A stretch of 64,000 nt of DNA from Phoronis australis (lineage: Eukaryota; Animalia; Phoronida), in NCBI GenBank assembly GCA_002633005.1, contig NMRA01000041.1:749294-813293 (forward strand), given 5' to 3'. Position 1 is the first letter of the stretch; the number at the start of each line of letters is the position of its first letter. Below the pieces are notes generated by a model. The model searched no databases. It saw only the letters and a list, made by a program, of their open reading frames with translations, and was not told the origin of the DNA. Shown here in pieces: positions 60,050-64,000 of the stretch. Made by a program: the position numbers and the translations under genes.

Positions 60050-61310
60050 TGGTAATTCTGCTCGTTACCTAGCCGTGAAACTTGTATCAACATGTAAAGC
60101 TAAAGACCGACGGGGTGCATGCAAAATCTGGGAATCAACCGACACCCAGCTTGCCCGTTACAGCCTTTTAAGTGAAAAATAACGCAATAAACGTCATTTT
60201 CTTGCGTAACTCTTCACCTTTTGCAACAATGAAAAGTATGTTGTCGTTTTGAATACAGTACGCTCGTTTCACGCCCATGCGCCATATTCTAAAATTTTGC
60301 GACATTCGCAGCAGCAGAAAATTGTTGTAAAATTCAGTTTGCTGGTATTAAAATGCTGAAAACGTGTAACGAAATTAAACCAGTTCCAAAAATTTTTGGT
60401 GACATGTACGCAACCTCGTGGAAGAAGAACAGTTGACTGAAGAATCGGTGAAACAAGAAACTGGCCAATAGGTGACGCAATATTTCATGGCGGCGAAAGC
60501 CAACGCAAAAGATCGCTCCACAACTTCACTTGCAGAATAAGGGTCGAACGTCATTTTTTCCAACACCGATGAATAGTTTAGTTTACTCAAGGAAGGTGTA
60601 GTTTTTAATGACACTAATTTTTGTGTCATGTTTTATCTGGTTTTATTTACCGGAAATTTCACACAGCCCGTTGACTACCCGGATATAGTAACTTTTCAAG
60701 TTGCTCGTCACCTCTTCGTAAAACTTACGTCAACAAGTAGAGCTAACGGACCAGCGGGAGTGCATGCAAAATCTGGTAGTCAACCGACCCTCACCTTATT
60801 CGTTGCAGCCGTTTAAGTGAAAAACAATCAAATAAACGTCATTTTCAAGCATAATTCGCTGTTTTTTTAACAAAGAAAACTATGTTTACCGTTTTCCAAA
60901 ACATTACGCTCGTGACACGGTGCACGAGCCATTTCCTAAAATTTTGAGACCTCTTTCGGGAAATGATAAGTACAGATTCGCAGCAGCAAGGTGTGTTCTA
61001 AGATTTGGTTTGTTGGTTTCAAAATACTAAAAACTTGTAACGTAATGAATGATAATTTGTTGTGACATGTACAAAACCTTGTGCCGGCAGCGAAGAACAG
61101 TTGATAAAAGAATCGTGGGGAAAAAACTGATCAAGGTCAGGTGACGTAATCGCCAAAAGCCGACTCAAGAGAACGCATCACAATTTTAGCAGCAACCAAT
61201 TAACGACTGCTAACTTTTCCAACACCGGTAAATAAATTAGTTTAGGCATACTCAAGGATGAGAGTAGTTTTAATGACACTACTTTTGAGTCAGATTTTAT
61301 TTGTCCATTT
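60050..61310. repeat. Diverged tandem duplication, ~640-bp unit
   Basis: gtgcatgcaaaatctgg, ttaagtgaaaaa, aataaacgtcattttc, attcgcagcagca, gaagaacagttga, ttttccaacaccg, gtagtttt.aatgacacta each occur twice in the same order. Confidence 0.8.
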
Positions 61311-61860
61311 TTTACCCAAACCTGTATATTTAGTACTGGTATATAGATTTGGGCAAAGGCGTGGGTAACCCGGCGATGGTATGCGATGACCATTCCCTTA
61401 GAAGACACCTTTTTCGAAGAGTTCGAACAACCAGGAGCCATACGAAAAGGCATGGCGAACCTTTTACAGCACTGTGGCAAACAGTAAAAAAATAAGAACG
61501 GCTGATACAATGATAAAATGCGATGTTAACTCTTCACAATATGGCACAACAATACGTGATAAGCAATTGAGGCCCCACCAGCCACCTCACTGACATATCA
61601 CCCAATCAGCGGTCGTTGTCAGGATTTCAGTCTTTTGACAATAACTATGAATGAGCTTTTATTTTATTTTAGCGCGCAACTCGGGCAAATGTGAGATTTA
61701 CATTTATGTTAGAACCGGTTAACAGTTGCATTATTTTTACTGCAGTGCCCTTTTAAGTATTCAAATTAAAGCCATTTTCCAGACCACAGTGAATTTATCC
61801 AATTTGCAAATTTCGTTTTTGATTTTTTCTTAAAGCAGCTTAATTTAAACCTACATTACT

Positions 61861-63092
61861 TTAAAGAGGTCTGTGGCCGGTTGCATGAAACAGTCCCAAA
61901 TAGGGACTCAACTAAGTTCCCTAAATCTACAGCGTATTTGTGGGGTTGTGAAAACATTGATTGTCCTTTCTTATGCTGCTTGGGTCTCATTACTAAGTCA
62001 ATTTTTGACTTTGATACAAAACCGAAGGTAGACTCTACGTTGACTGCTCATTTGTAATGAAAATAAGTAGGGATCTTTTCATGCAACGCCCCTAATTTAA
62101 GGACTAAGTCCCTAATTGTTTTAATCGAATTAAGGGTTCATTTTTCAGTTATATTATTAGAAAATGTCATTAGTTAAAGGACATATTAAAGATAAAATGA
62201 TAGAAAAAACAACACGCCTGTGAGAATAGAACGAAACAAATACGCAAAAGATTTGGGGTACTTAGTTGGGTCCCTGTTTGCGACGGTTTCGTGCAACCAG
62301 ACACTGGAACGCCATAAACAGACTACATTGCAATACTGAAAGTAGTTCTTTGCCGCTGAAATAGAATTCAACCTGCTCACCAGGTATTTTTAATATTTGT
62401 TCGTAAAGATTTTTAATTTCTGTTGATATCAAAGCATTTTCTTTACGTTTGAAATTTCAAAAACTAAGTCATCTGTCAACTGCTCGCCACCTCGTCAAAT
62501 TTTGTCCCACAATGCAAAGCACGTCTCCTTATTTGGTACATGACGTAGACGTAGCACCTTTCCCTTATATGGAAAATGTGACCTTTGACCTCAGACTACT
62601 TTAAGCAACTGACTGAGCACATGCATGCATTTATCATATGTGGGAGGGAAATTAGAAACTCTGTGGTAACCAAAAAGTTATTTCTTCGCGCGCATTTCAA
62701 AAATCGTGAGTCTTGTGATTTTTTCTGAAAATTTCCTCAGAGGGGAAAGTGAATTACTCTTTACTAGACGTTGCAAGATAGGACTTTGGCCAGTAATTGT
62801 TAAAAGATACTTTGGGCGAGCTTTTGCGTTCCATGCTTCTTTAAAAAAAATGATTTTTTTATTTAGACCAGTCATCACAGGTAATTTCTGGGCTTTGAAA
62901 AACTGACAGCTTGTTATTATTTGAGACCACACTCAGCGAATAAAATGACCCGCCGTGACAAGTCCACTTGTAGCGCCTGGTGACAAGTAATAACACAGTG
63001 TCTCTTCTTTCCAAGACCAAAACGCATACCTAATTTGACCAAAACAACAACATAGGGTGGTTTTCATAACGCCAGGTCTAAATCAAAAGTTG
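61861..63092 (+). repeat. Dispersed repeat, copy 2 (homologous to 44469-45385), with an inserted MITE
   Basis: Same conserved blocks as copy 1. Confidence 0.8.
61874..62303. mobile_element. PIF/Harbinger-type MITE (430 bp) with CTG target-site duplication
   Basis: ~55-bp imperfect TIRs tggccggttgcatgaaacagtcccaaatagggactcaactaag / cttagttgggtccctgtttgcgacggtttcgtgcaaccagaca; CTG on both flanks. Confidence 0.85.
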
Positions 63093-63677
63093 AAGGCGAG
63101 TTTCCAGCTTGAATCTATTTCTACTACATTCTTTCACAAAATTGCTCCAGATTTGTTAGTAATTTGTTACGAATGTGTTCACATCACAATTTCTTAGAAT
63201 TTAGGAGCGAAAAGGCTATGGATTCCCACATATTGCTGTGAGCAATTTCGTGACAATTAGGCCTATAAGCGCGACACAATTTAACCTGATCACATGACCT
63301 GTTCTCATTTAATTTGGTAACCTTTTGATTTCTTTGCCGCTAACGATATCGACTTTCCAGACAGTAAACGCTCTGATAACTGTAGACACTAATCAATATT
63401 GCTTATCAGTCCGTTAAAAATTGTTGCTCTGAAAGATATTTTTGCTTTATGATCAAATTATGTATTCCTTTTTGGACCATAGTGCTCATTGCAATTTTGC
63501 ATCTATATGGCACTGCTGGCGTTACATTCAGACATAGCTTAACGATCAGTTGAGGAAACGCTTATGACCGCGGGGACGAGCGTTTAAAATGTATATACGC
63601 GCACCCAGCCTTCTGTCGATGTGGAACTTTTGCTGACAAAAACGGGAGAACTAAAAAAAAAAAACGGGGTACCACAC

Positions 63678-63682
<5 letters not shown>

Positions 63683-63718
<36 letters not shown>
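63683..63718. repeat. (TG)n microsatellite
   Basis: About 18 TG units. Confidence 0.95.
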
Positions 63719-63719
<1 letters not shown>

Positions 63720-64000
63720 ACATCTGCATCGAGTGTATAAATAATCCTGTACAATTTTAGTGAAAAGTAATGCGATAAATGCATTCACCGACCCGACTAG
63801 TAGCCTAGTGTCAATCTTCGCAGTGGCGCGAGCATAATTCGAAAATTCGCTGTACGGTGAGGAGCATATAGTTGGCCTGGGGGTGACTTAATTGGTCGCC
63901 ATCACGCACGCATCTCTTGTTTCATGAAATGCCTGCACGGAGAAGCTGAGAAATCAGATTTCCCTCTTTTTTGTAGAAATCAGACAATTTTAATCGAATT

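Noticed and set aside
53276-63784. Short ORFs in the distal 10 kb as protein-coding genes
   Set aside because: No domain motifs, no consistent splice-phase chain, and several overlap repeats.

Overview
Eukaryotic (animal, probably marine invertebrate) genomic DNA with AT-rich introns and more GC-rich exons. Positions <99-41665 (+) hold the 3' part of one very large spliced polycystin-1 (PKD1)-family gene. I traced 38 exons with consistent splice phases, about 3,660 codons in-window, with the 5' end outside the window. Domain order: PKD repeats, a PKD1-type Cys-loop module, REJ, GAIN/GPS, TM1, PLAT, the remaining TM region with TOP domain and TRPP-like pore, and a helical tail. The most striking feature is the GAIN/GPS region. 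The autoproteolysis motif HL|T is changed to RL-[33-aa insert]-TAF, two furin consensus sites (RSKR, RVRR) sit in a GAIN loop just upstream, and other GAIN loops carry mucin-like tracts and an unrecognised Cys repeat. This suggests (inference) a polycystin processed by proprotein convertases rather than by self-cleavage. Two ~1-kb duplications joined by single Ns look like haplotype assembly artefacts. One intron carries a decayed Penelope-like retroelement (RT C-terminus + GIY-YIG) ending in a minimal hammerhead-ribozyme motif. Downstream are a Kolobok-like THAP element nested in a MITE, a two-coding-exon gene for a small secreted PAN/apple + WSC protein (48578-52763), and repeat-rich intergenic DNA. 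All calls are by eye, with no database searches.
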